Shown here: one piece after another, positions 53,432 to 64,000 of the stretch | Layout of the letters: each line of letters begins with the position of its first letter | How positions within the stretch are numbered: the stretch's first letter is position 1 | NCBI GenBank assembly: GCA_043228905.1 | Contig: JBHGNT010000015.1 | Span: 2,666,001-2,730,000 of the forward strand | Direction of reading: 5' to 3' | Length of the DNA: 64,000 bases | Source: Azolla caroliniana | Taxonomy: Eukaryota > Plantae > Polypodiophyta | Program-made: the position numbers and the translations under genes | The notes under the pieces: generated by a model | What the model was told of the DNA's origin: nothing | The model's database searches: none | Seen by the model: the letters and a program-made list of their open reading frames with translations, nothing else

Positions 53432-53595
53432 CCGTTTGGTCTAACCAATGCACCCACAATCTTCCAACACATGGCAAATGATATATTCAGAGACCTCTTG
53501 GATATATGTTTGATCATCTATCTGGATGATCTATTGATTTATTCGAAGACCCAAGAAGAGCACGATTATCATGTGCTATTAGTACTAAAACAACT

Positions 53596-56500
53596 AACAC
53601 CGGGTCATTTGAAATAGGTAATATGTCGCATTCTCTTTTTCATATCTTAGTGAGATGTTAAAAAATGCCTTATTTAAGTAGAATTTCAACAAGGCACGAC
53701 ACATGTGTATGTGGTTTATGAAAACATAGCGAAAAAAAGAACTAACTAATATCACGTCAACAAAATCATCCGACGTATATTCTATCTACCATGTTTTTGT
53801 CCAAATCTTAGACAGGGGTGTATTTGTCAACACAAGTATAATAGTAACACGGGTCCTTGTGCATATTCTAAAAAGCATGCCCCATTGAATAAGTGACTTC
53901 TTCTAATTATGTGTGTATATTTAAATATAATACATCTTAAAGCAAATTGTGAACCTTGCAATTAAGAGATACTACTATGTCAAGAGAAAATTTCCATTGA
54001 CACGTGATACATGACACTGTCAATGTATAAATAAACTAGTCTACAATAACATTCCAATCATACGAGTAAATGATAGAGTATAAACTTATCTCCGATATAC
54101 CCCAAATGATAAAGGAGAGTTTAGATAACATGTACACATACAAGTATACTTAATTTCTAAGTTCAATGATTGTTACACGAAAATTATAAGTAAGCTCAAC
54201 TTATATATTACGTCAATATTTAACAATTCATATTGTTCAAAATTTACAATAAGCCATAACCATTCAATCGAATAATAAGTCTGGTAAAGCCGTCTACTCA
54301 GGATTAGCTCTTTCATCAGGATTGTCCTCATTGGCTTTGTCAGTACGCTAAGTTGAATTGTTAGTATGTTCAGACTCTGAAACGTCTTCTAATTCAACAA
54401 GTTGCCCTGCATCTTCATCTATAGTTCCACAAGTTTTCTAAAAGTCATCTGGAACATCTAAGTTTTATTGATATGCTTTGCCCCAACTTCTTGGTCTTGA
54501 TCAGGACAACCCCAGATACCTTGGATCCTCATTTTGATGACATTAACTTGCTCAAGGTCCTTCTCTAATACAACAGAGTTCCTGATAATCTTTAAGGCGT
54601 ATGTTTTAGTAGTACATGACAGTAGAATGAAATTGCACAGGTAACATCAAACTGAAGAATAGAATATAACGTTAATCTAAATTGATGTAAGTTTTATATT
54701 ATATACCTGTGTCAGAAAACTAATCTAAAACCCATTGAAAATTTGAAACAATAAAATTTGAAAAATTAAAAAATCTTGGATTTTTAATTGGAATCCAATG
54801 TGATGCACTAGATTTCAGTTGAAAATCCAAGTTTTTTTTTTTGTAATTTTTTAAAAAATTTTCATTAAAAAATAAAAAATGGATTTTCAGCTAAAATACT
54901 ATGCACTACATTATATTTTAGTATATATAGCTAGAATCTAATGCAATGCGTTGGATTAGAGTCGAAAATCCTTTTTTCTTTTTTCTTTTTCCAATGTTAT
55001 TTATTTATTTATTTTCCATATAAAATAATAATAAACGGCTTTTCAACTGAAATCCGATACACTACATCAGATCGTAGTCTATACAGCTAGACATTGATGC
55101 ATTGCATCAGATTTTAGCTGGCAATCCTCTTTCTTTTCAATTGTTTTTCATTTTTTCAAAAAATAAATAAAAATATATTAAAAAAGTGGATTTCCAACTG
55201 AAATCTAATGCACTACATCGAATTTCAATTAAAAATCCAAATTTCTTTTAGGTTTTTCATAAAACAATGAGATAATAAAAAAATATTACATTTTCAACAA
55301 AATCTGAACCATTGAGTCGGATTTCAATTGCAAATTAATGTTTTATGAAAAAACATAAGAAAAATATTGGACTTTCAACAGAAATCCGATGCAGTGCATC
55401 GGATTTCTGTTGAAACTCAGTGATTTTGAACGGAAATCCGATGCAATGCATCGGATTTCCATTGAAAATCCTGTTGAAAATGATCTGTTTTCAACGGGAA
55501 TCCGATGCACTGTATCGGATTCTCGTTGAAAACACATCATTTTAAATGGAGAAAATCACAATTTGTTTATTTTTAACACTTTTTTAGAGAAAAATATAAA
55601 CAAATAAGAAAATTTGTAAACAAACAAGAAAAAGTGGACTTTCAATGGAAATCCGATGCAGTGCATCGGATTTCCGTTGAAAATCCATTTTTCTCAATTC
55701 CTATATATTTATTTATGATAAAAACAAAAACAATTCAAAACAAATACAAAAACAAATTCAAAATATCAGAAAAATTGGAAACAAATAAGAAAAAATGGAT
55801 TTTTAGTAGAAATCCGATGTAGTGCATCGGATTTCTGTTGAAAACCCATTTTTTGCAATTTTTATTTATTTATTTATGGGAAAAAATGAAAAAGAAATTA
55901 AAAAATACAAAAAAATATTTTAAAATATCAAAATTTGGTAACAAATAGCAAAAAGTGGACTTTCAATAGAAATCTGATGCAATGCATCGGATTTCCTTTG
56001 AAAATTCATTTTTTCAATTTCTATATAGTTATTTATGAGAAAATAGACAAACAAAATACCAAAAAAATTCTAAAAACTATGAAAATTTGGAAAAAAATAA
56101 GAAAAAGTGGATTTTCTACGGAAATCCGATGCAGTGCATCGGATTTCCATTGAAAATCTATTTTTTCAATATTTATTTATTTTTTATAGAAAAAATTCAA
56201 TAAAATTCAATAAAATTCAAAAAAAAAAGCAAATTTGGAAAAAAATACGTAAAAGTGGACTTTCAACCAAAATCCGATGCATTGCATCGGATTTCCGTTG
56301 AAAATCCATTTTTTCAATTTTTATTTATTTTTTTATGGGAAAAATAAAAAAAAATTCAAAAACAATTCAAAAAATAAGAAAATTTTCAAAAAAATAAGAG
56401 AAATTGGATTTTCGATTGAATCCGATGCACAGAATTGGATTTCTATTGAAATCTAATTTTTCAATTTTTATTTATTTATTTACAAGTAAAATAAAAAATG

Positions 56501-57536
56501 TTTATTTATTTATTTATGGGAAAATGTTTTATTTTTTCAATTTGTATTTATTTATGTATTTTCGGGAAATCCATGCAATGTATCATATTTTAGTCTATGT
56601 AGCTAGAATTCAATGCAATGCATTAAAATGCAAGAGTATTTTTTTAATGGAAATTTTTAAAAAAATTCCAAGACTTACAGGAATCTGATGCATTATATCC
56701 AATTCTAGATGTATAGAGTAAAATACGACATGTTGCGTCAAATCTAGATGGAATGAATCGGATTTCTGTACGACATCAAAGGCTTACTATGAGAATCTAA
56801 GAAAAATGGAAAACATCTTTAAGACATTTTTTAGATTCTAATGATTTTGGTAGAAAGCTTCTCTCACATAATCTAATCTTGTAAATGGAAAGTACATAAT
56901 GAAATATCATAACCAAAAAGTGAGGAGGAAAGATGCATCAAGCACATCTACTCTTACATTGGATAATGTTTATATATTAGTGTATGACTTATCTTTGACC
57001 AAAACAAGTTATCTGTGACAAACCACAATGAAGATACTAAAAGAGGATCTGGAATATGGCTTCAGACACAACACAAAGACAAACAAGAAGCATGACTCAT
57101 AAACTCGATGAGGTTGGATTGCAATTGGATCAACACAATGCATTAGTTGCCATTGATGATGAGGATGAGACCTCATAAACTCGTACTAGTTCATCTAATG
57201 GGTATGAAGATGATGACATAAACTTGAAAAATGATTGTCCTGATACGTTAACTATAAATATTGTATTGCACATCAAGATTTGGATTCAGAATTTCTATAA
57301 ATATTGGGATTAGTCATTTTGGACATTCATTTGTAAGTTTGGCATGTCCATTATTTAGGCATTTTTTTGAACACCTAAATTTCCATACATGTTAAAAATC
57401 AATATATTTTTGGGTCATTTTTAAAATTCCTTTACGCATGCGGCACCCCTTTTTGTGAATCACCCTAATTTGTGTCATTTTTTGATGGACAGTTGTCAAA
57501 ATGCGACATATTACCTGTTTCAAATGTCCCGGTGTT
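53596..57536. mobile_element. Non-autonomous TIR DNA transposon (3941 bp), superfamily unassigned
   Basis: 37-bp TIRs 53596-53632 / 57500-57536 (35/37 match: aacaccggg(t/a)catttgaaa(t/c)aggtaatatgtcgcatt). 4-bp TSD AACT; removal restores host codons aaa caa ctc cgt (KQLR). Confidence 0.92.
54775..56770. repeat. Array of about 19 palindromic units (core AAATCCGATGCANTGCATCGGATTT) separated by A/T-rich spacers
   Basis: Copy 55373-55415 has perfect 21-bp arms. Others lie at ~55423, 55487, 55635, 55796, 55956, 56108, 56256 and 56405 (~150-160-bp period on the right); copies degenerate towards both ends. Confidence 0.93.
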
Positions 57537-60500
57537 AACTCCGTGAGAATGGTCTTTATGCCAAGCTAGAAAAATGTAGCTTTGACTGCAAGCAAGTGGA
57601 ATTTCTAGGCTACGTCATCTCCTCAAAGGGCATCTCCATGGATCCAGTTAAAGTCCAAATTGTGCTAGAGTGGCAAATTCCACGGTCGGTACAAGATGTA
57701 CAATGTTTTCTAGGTTTTGCTAACTTCTACCGCAAGTTTATACAGGATTACTCGAAGATTATTTTACCTCTCACACAACTTACGAAGAAGGGACAAGCAT
57801 TTCTTTGGTCCAATGAAGCAGACATGGCTTTTCGGTATCTTAAGAAAGCCTTTACATCAGCTCCTATTCTAGCTCATGTGGATACAAATAAACCATTCAT
57901 CATGGAGGCCGACACATTGGATTTCGCCCTCGGTAGCATCCTTTCTCAACAAGGAGATAAAGACGAGTTACATCTTGTGGTTTTTCATTCGCGCAAATTC
58001 GATGCCGCGGAAATCAACTATGAAATACATGACAAGGAGTTATTAGCCATCGTGGATTCCTTTCTGCAATGGCGGCATTTCTTAGAGGGCTCTCCACATC
58101 ATGTCATCGTCTTTAGTGATCACAAAAATCTTGCTTATTTCCAAAACGCTCGGGTGCTAAATCGACGGCAAGCTCGGTGGGCTCAATTCCTCACGCGTTT
58201 TGACTTCAAAATCACATATCGATCAGGGAAGCAGCAAGGAAAAGCAAATGCGCTATCACAGCGTTCATATCTTGCACCTCGTCCTGGTGATCCAACGTTT
58301 GATAATCAAAAGCAAGTAATCTTGGGACCAACACGATTGCACACAACGCGGACTTTTCACACCCCAATGGATTCCCGGATTACCGATGCCATACGTGCGA
58401 AATTGAAGATAGACAGTTTTGCTCAAGAAATTCTAGCGCACATTGATACCTCTTGAGCATCCTGTTCTCAATCTCAACAACCAGGTATGGACTACCGACA
58501 ATTCGAATATCATGATGGTTTGTTATTCTTTAAAAAGCGTGTATATGTCCCTGATTGCTCCTATCGCCTTCAAATCGTCCAAATTTGTCACGACATCCAT
58601 ACGGCGGGACATTTCGGTAGCACAAAGACGTTGGATCTCGTTCAACGATCTTTTTGGTGGCCCCATATGCATCGTTTTGTCGACAATTATGTTCGGACTT
58701 GTGATGCTTGTTGCCGAGTAAAGATGCCCCGACACCATCCATATGGCTTGTTGGAACCCTTACCGATTCCAAGTAAGCCATGGCAGTCTATTTGTCTTGA
58801 TTTTATCACAGATCTGCCGGTCTCGAAAGGGTTTGATGCTATCTTAACCGTCGTCGATCGATATACTAAGATGGCACATTTTGTGCCGTGTACTAAGGCC
58901 ATCATTAACGAGGAAATTGTCGCCCTTGTCATGCGTGAGGTATTTCGGCATCATGGCCTCCCAGACAGTATCATCAGTGACCAAGGACCTCAATTCGTCT
59001 CCAAATTTTGGCAGCATCTCTTTAAGATGCTCAAGGTCTCTTGCAACCTCTCCTTCGGCTACCATCCCCAAACCGATGGGCAGGCGGAACGAACAAACCA
59101 AACGCTGGAACAATATCTCTGGTGTTTTTTGAGTTATCAACAAGACGATTGGGCCGAGATTCTCCACTTTGCGGAGTTTGCATATAATAATGTTGTTCAC
59201 TCTTCGACTCGGGTCTCCCCATTTTACGCTTATACCAGTTCTCATCCTCGTTGGTCAGTGATCGACACCCTAGAGCTACCTACCAATCCTCGTGTCGGGG
59301 ATCATTTGGAGAGGCTACGCAAGATCCAGATGGATCTCTCTACTAATCTTCGTCATGCTCAACACACAGAGAAGACTTATGTGGATCGTCATCGACTTCC
59401 CTCCTCTTTTGCCATCGGAGATCGAGTATGGCTCTTACGTCGTCACATCACGATTACTCGATTGTGCGACATATTACTAGTAAGGTTAATGATGTCACGT
59501 TCCGCCTTGATCTCCCACCACATCTTCAGATACAACCGGTTTTCCATAGCTCTCTTCTTGAACCTTATAAAGCAAACACTATTCCCGATCGTGTTACACT
59601 TCCGCTGCCCCCGCTTGAGTTGGAAGCGAGCCCGGAGTATGAAGTTGTTGTCGTTCTCGATTCCAAACTTGTTCGCAACAAACTTTATTATTTGGTCGAT
59701 TGGTTCGGCTATAGTCCGAACGAACGTACTTGGGAACCCGTCGAGCATGTCGCCAATGCTCAGGATCTTCTTGTTGAGTTCCACTAAAAGTATCCGGACA
59801 AACCCGGTCCGCAATCAGTGCCGACTCGTTCCACTCATGGTCTTAAGGAGGAGATAGTGTCATGATATGGCAAGACTCGAACCCATGACCTTATGTTATA
59901 TGGGTCGAGCTCTTGACCACTACACCATCTATTGTAATACGTAAGATATTATTTTCATTTAAGTTTTATTATAGGAAATTAATGTATATTCCATATTTCT
60001 CTGGGACATTCTAGAAACTTCAGGATTACTCCTAAGAACACTATAAAAGAAGGCACTAAGCATTATGTTGAACCAAATTGGTTCAACGCCAGTCTTAAGC
60101 CTCATAGCCATCTTGTACTTACTCTTCCTATGATATATCATCTATTATCATCATCTCTCTCTCTTGTCCTCTCTCTCTCTCTCTCTTCTCTTTCCTCCCT
60201 CTCGGGAGTCTTATGTGGTCCCGTCCTCTTATTACTAATAGTACTTCCCTTCTCTAGTACTAATTCTCTCTCTATTTTAGTATTATTCCTGACACCTATC
60301 AAACTGAAAGGTCAATTAGGTTGATTGCAAAAAATGGAAAGGATATGATAGTTGACCCCAAGCCAAGTGACATCACACCGACAACAGTGTGTTGGCCGAT
60401 AGAAGGGCATTCAGATCAGCTATCATGGGACCCAACAATGTATTTCTGGAGAACTCAAGGACCAACAGAGGGTGCCAAGTTACTTCAATTTTTCATGTAC

Positions 60501-62964
60501 AACACGAAATCGGGAGGCAAATTATTCTAGAACAAGAACACAAAGATATTGCAACGCGTAAATATTGGATACAAGAGGGCATTAGTGAAAGGAGATTAGA
60601 TCAATTCTGGAAAATGATATGGCATGACGGTGGTGACCACAAGATAATGATGTGCTTATGGCTTATTGCACATAGAACCTTGCCGATAGGGACATGGGGT
60701 AAAGGCCCCAATGTAGACCCTAGATGTAGTGCATGTGGACAACTAGAAAGCATTTCCCATTGTCTATGAGAATGTCGTGAGGCAACGGTTGTGTAGGGAA
60801 GGGTATTACGATTGCTAGCTCATTTACCCTCAAACGGGGACATGTTTGTTGGAATTGTCTTGATGATGACGTGGAAAAATTTGATCGCACATGCAAAGCA
60901 ATGTACATAGGGGAGAATGGAACTATTCGATTGATCATTGATAACAGGGCACCTACAGTTTGTGCACAAAAGCAGAAAATTGGAGATCTATGGACGTTGC
61001 TTGCACCCATTATCATATAGTCCAAAATGGACAGCAAGATGTACCAGGGTATTTTCAGCAAACAAACGGCATCTAGCTGAATCTATTAAGCTAGTATGGC
61101 ACACATTAATAACTACATTGAGGGCACAATATGAGTGGATTGATGGAACAAATGATGCTTCAAAACTAACGAGGCTGAATTTCAAAAAACTTTGATGTAC
61201 TACACCGATGGCTGCAAAAACTGGATTGGATATACAATGGCAATATGTAGTACCCAGATTGTTGTTCCCCCCTCCCATTAGATGAAAGACGGGTGAGAAT
61301 ACATGAGATACATAGAGAACAAACATGTGGGCTATTGAATGCAAGTGGTGTAAGATAAATAAGCGCCCATATGGAAGTAGGCAAGGACAACTCGATAAAG
61401 GGACTAAAGTTGTGTAGTAAATGACATTTTAACTAATGGAATATATTCTTTTTTGGGAAAAAAAGAATGTTGCTTCATAGAATATTTTGATTGGTTGCAC
61501 ATACTATGACATAAAAATCTCCTTCATACAATGTCATCATTCATGTATATCATGTGCCTACATGTAGCAATTCATGTTAAGACTCTTTGGAGGATGAATT
61601 CAAACACCAACATGGGAAAGTAGCATAATGCAATATAAATCACACAAACAATGTTTTGCATATTTGAACCCAAAGGCAATGGACCTATTCATTTCATTTC
61701 AAGATTAATGTCTCATACAAAAACCCTTCAGCATGCTTACCTCATGTATCCTTCATGGATTAAGGATATGGGCACTTTCTTTTTCCCCGAAAAAATAACT
61801 CCTTCCATTATTTATTTCCCAAGTAGTGGCAAGTTCCTCCGCCCAATATGAATCCACAAGCCATATCATTACAGCTCCATGGTGCATATGATTCTTGATT
61901 GAAGGCTCACAGACAGTAATTTCTCAAGGCATTCCTCCTACTTGCAAAACAGTAATTTCTTATATTTCCTACTTACAAAATGCTTGCAGCTAAAACATAC
62001 AATTGAGCATGAATTACTCAGTACAACAAAACATGGTCAACTAATACAATTAACATACCAATAACTGGCAAATATATAGCAAAAGACCATTGATCCATTA
62101 TAGGCACTGTAATTAAAGACATAAGACAAGAACAGAAGTTCAATATCTGTCGACACCACCACAGCAGAGAAAATGAAGGGTGGCAAGATGTGGCCTGTGC
62201 AACAGGAACAACTCAACTAAAAGTCAAGTTTAGCAAGCAGTAGATTCAGACAATTTCCAATAATTGCATCGACTAATATGTAGGTAATGTCATTTACCAA
62301 ACATTGTAGTTAACTACATCTGCATTGTTAAGATCATCACAATCACAGAAGACAAAATAATACTAAGCAATAACATGTGCTATTGGGAATTATACACTCC
62401 TAAAACTAACATTAGTGATTGTAACCTATTTTCCCTAATTATGATTCTCATTTTGTCACTACACACTTGCAAACCTAGACACGTGTAGGCCATGTATATG
62501 AAGTAAACATGTAGGCCATGTATATGAATGAAGTAATTTCTGTTCAATATGAAGAAGTCATCCCAGAAAATGGAAGGCAGGAGTATCATTATATATCTTT
62601 CAACCGATAGGTAGGTAATTACACAAAATCATGAATTAAAAACAGTAGGTAAAGCAACTGAGATACGCCCAGATTACCACTATTACATGATAGGATCGGA
62701 TTAAAAAGTACATAAACATTACCAAGCTTGCAGAACTCCTCAGTACAGAAGAGAGGGGAATGAAATATCGACAACTTGAAATCACTTTTTTAAACAATAC
62801 ACTGAAGAAACAATTACCAATATATTAAAAACAAAACTTTGACCAATTTCCTTGAAAATATAGTTATGGAAAACGCATTCGCGCAGTTTCACACAGATAC
62901 TTGCACCACATTTTCTCTACTCCCAGAATGAGACTCATAACAAAAAACAGTTCAAAGACCTAGA

Positions 62965-63334
62965 CTATGTGTTGGTTGCACGAGTGTAGATTTGCTGATT
63001 CGCATGAGCAGCTACCAACCGAATAGTTCCCTTGGACATCAAGTCCCTGATTGCCTTCCTTGCCAACGATCCATTGATCTTCAAACAACATCCATTGAAA
63101 AACAAAAACTCTTTAATCAAGACATCATCAATTGTATATCAAACAATATCCAAGAAAGGATTGACATCAGGCAATGACAATATGCTGAATTTTCCTCACC
63201 CTCAAGCGATCAGACAGAATTGACGGTGTGATTAGCTTGTACTTGGGAACTTCAGACAGAAGCTTGTCATAGGTAGCTTGGTCAAATAAAACCATGTTGT
63301 TCACCTTCTCCTTTTGCTTTCCCTTGCTCCATTT
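62965..63334 (-). CDS. RPS25: 40S ribosomal protein S25 (eS25), last two coding exons; 5' exons lie beyond the window
   Basis: Exons 63334-63200 ([45 protein letters not shown]) and 63078-62965 ([37 protein letters not shown]), GT-AG, phase 0. Confidence 0.96.
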
Positions 63335-64000
63335 CTACAGTACAGTTGAGGAATATTTTGATTAATAATAGATAATGCAAAGAGACATCATAAATTTATA
63401 ATTTATTGGTGATATGAGATTGTACTATGACTTATTTGATTCAAAGGAATGGCATATCTTAGGACCATTGTGAATGAAAATTTCAATAATCATAAGTTCA
63501 GAATATGGCACAACTCGTTTGGTCTTACATAAGAAAAAAAAAATTACAAGAACATGCCAGGCTAGTTTCAAATAAATGTTTCGCAATCGGACATTCTTCT
63601 ATTTCTACTTCTTCATTTCTGGAGTAGCCAATGTAGGACAGGAAAAAAAACACCCATCGAACTTACCATTTCACGAACAAGTATATGCCTAACTGGTTAA
63701 TACAAAAAGACGAACGTGAAACATTTTTTCCCCTTCATTGCTTCATAAATGGATAAGGAAAATATATTTTGGTTCTACTTTTAGATGACATAAACAAAAT
63801 AAAACGAACAAAATGTGATCATTAGTTGAGCTACAAGAGCTTGTCAGACAGTTTTGAATGTAGACGAAAGGAAATTTTCTATTTATTTTTGCTCTTAATT
63901 GCTTAAATGTATTACTAAGAAAGGAAATATTGGACAATCCGAGCATAATAAGCCAGAAATTCCAACACACAATCATTCATTTCAGTAGAAATTCGGGAAC

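Larger units (their letters stand above)
51663..59787 (+). pseudogene. Gypsy pol (protease, RT, RNase H, integrase, chromodomain), interrupted by two insertions
   Basis: LLDSRANS; [12 protein letters not shown]; EYTVM|PFGLTNAP; IIYLDDL (~53515); VLKQ|LRENGLYAK; NYEIHDKELLAI; HDIHTAGHFG..CDAC; ISDQGPQF; GQAERTNQ; EYEVVVVLDSKLVRNKLYYLVDWFGYSPNERTWEP. Confidence 0.92.
50012..60294 (+). mobile_element. Full-length Ty3/gypsy chromovirus (Tf1/sushi/Tcn1-like), decayed and doubly interrupted
   Basis: LTRs 50012-50480 and 59858-60294 (TGTCA...TGACA, internal (CT)n); TSD CCTAT at 50007-50011 and 60295-60299; PPT aaggaggagatag 59845-59857. Domain order gag-PR-RT-RH-INT-chromodomain. Confidence 0.96.
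47480..61465 (+). mobile_element. Decayed L1-clade LINE split into three pieces (47480-47650, 48409-50011, 60300-61465)
   Basis: RRPLSILTNAYKIMAK, LLNFEKAYD, RQGCPLAPYLF, EYANDT, CSACGQLESISHCL, TLRAQYE. Short A-tract ~61458. Same family style as the LINE at 28769-31959. Confidence 0.87.

Noticed and set aside
54775-56770. CRISPR array (palindromic repeats with spacers)
   Set aside because: Eukaryotic context, no cas genes, and the spacers are homologous low-complexity A/T tracts of variable length rather than unique sequences.
53595-57537. Tc1/mariner element with TA TSD
   Set aside because: A TA duplication would leave the host RT out of frame; only the 4-bp AACT TSD restores KQLRENG.

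Overview
Eukaryotic, land-plant nuclear DNA: spliceosomal GT-AG genes sit in a heavily nested transposon landscape. A non-seed plant such as a fern is plausible from the Tcn1/Tf1-like chromovirus, but this is inference only. Three host genes can be read: a 4-exon 14-3-3 (+), a 5-exon NIP1-like membrane RING-H2 E3 ligase with an unusual N-terminal NZF/RanBP2-type zinc finger (-), and the 3' exons of RPS25 (-). The rest is mostly mobile DNA: a very young intact Ty1/copia with identical LTRs, several decayed copia elements and solo LTRs, three L1-type LINE copies, and a full-length chromodomain Ty3/gypsy. That gypsy is inserted in a LINE and itself carries a solo LTR and a 3.9-kb TIR DNA transposon. 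The most interesting signals are: (i) the gypsy LTRs begin with an antisense tRNA-derived Pol III A/B-box module, which also recurs in other LTR-like fragments; (ii) the same element has no tRNA PBS but a self-priming PBS and a -1 frameshift cassette; (iii) the DNA transposon (37-bp TIR, 4-bp TSD) is built around about 19 long palindromes whose core recurs in a separate array at 43.7-44.0 kb. All coordinates and alignments were read by eye; no searches were run.
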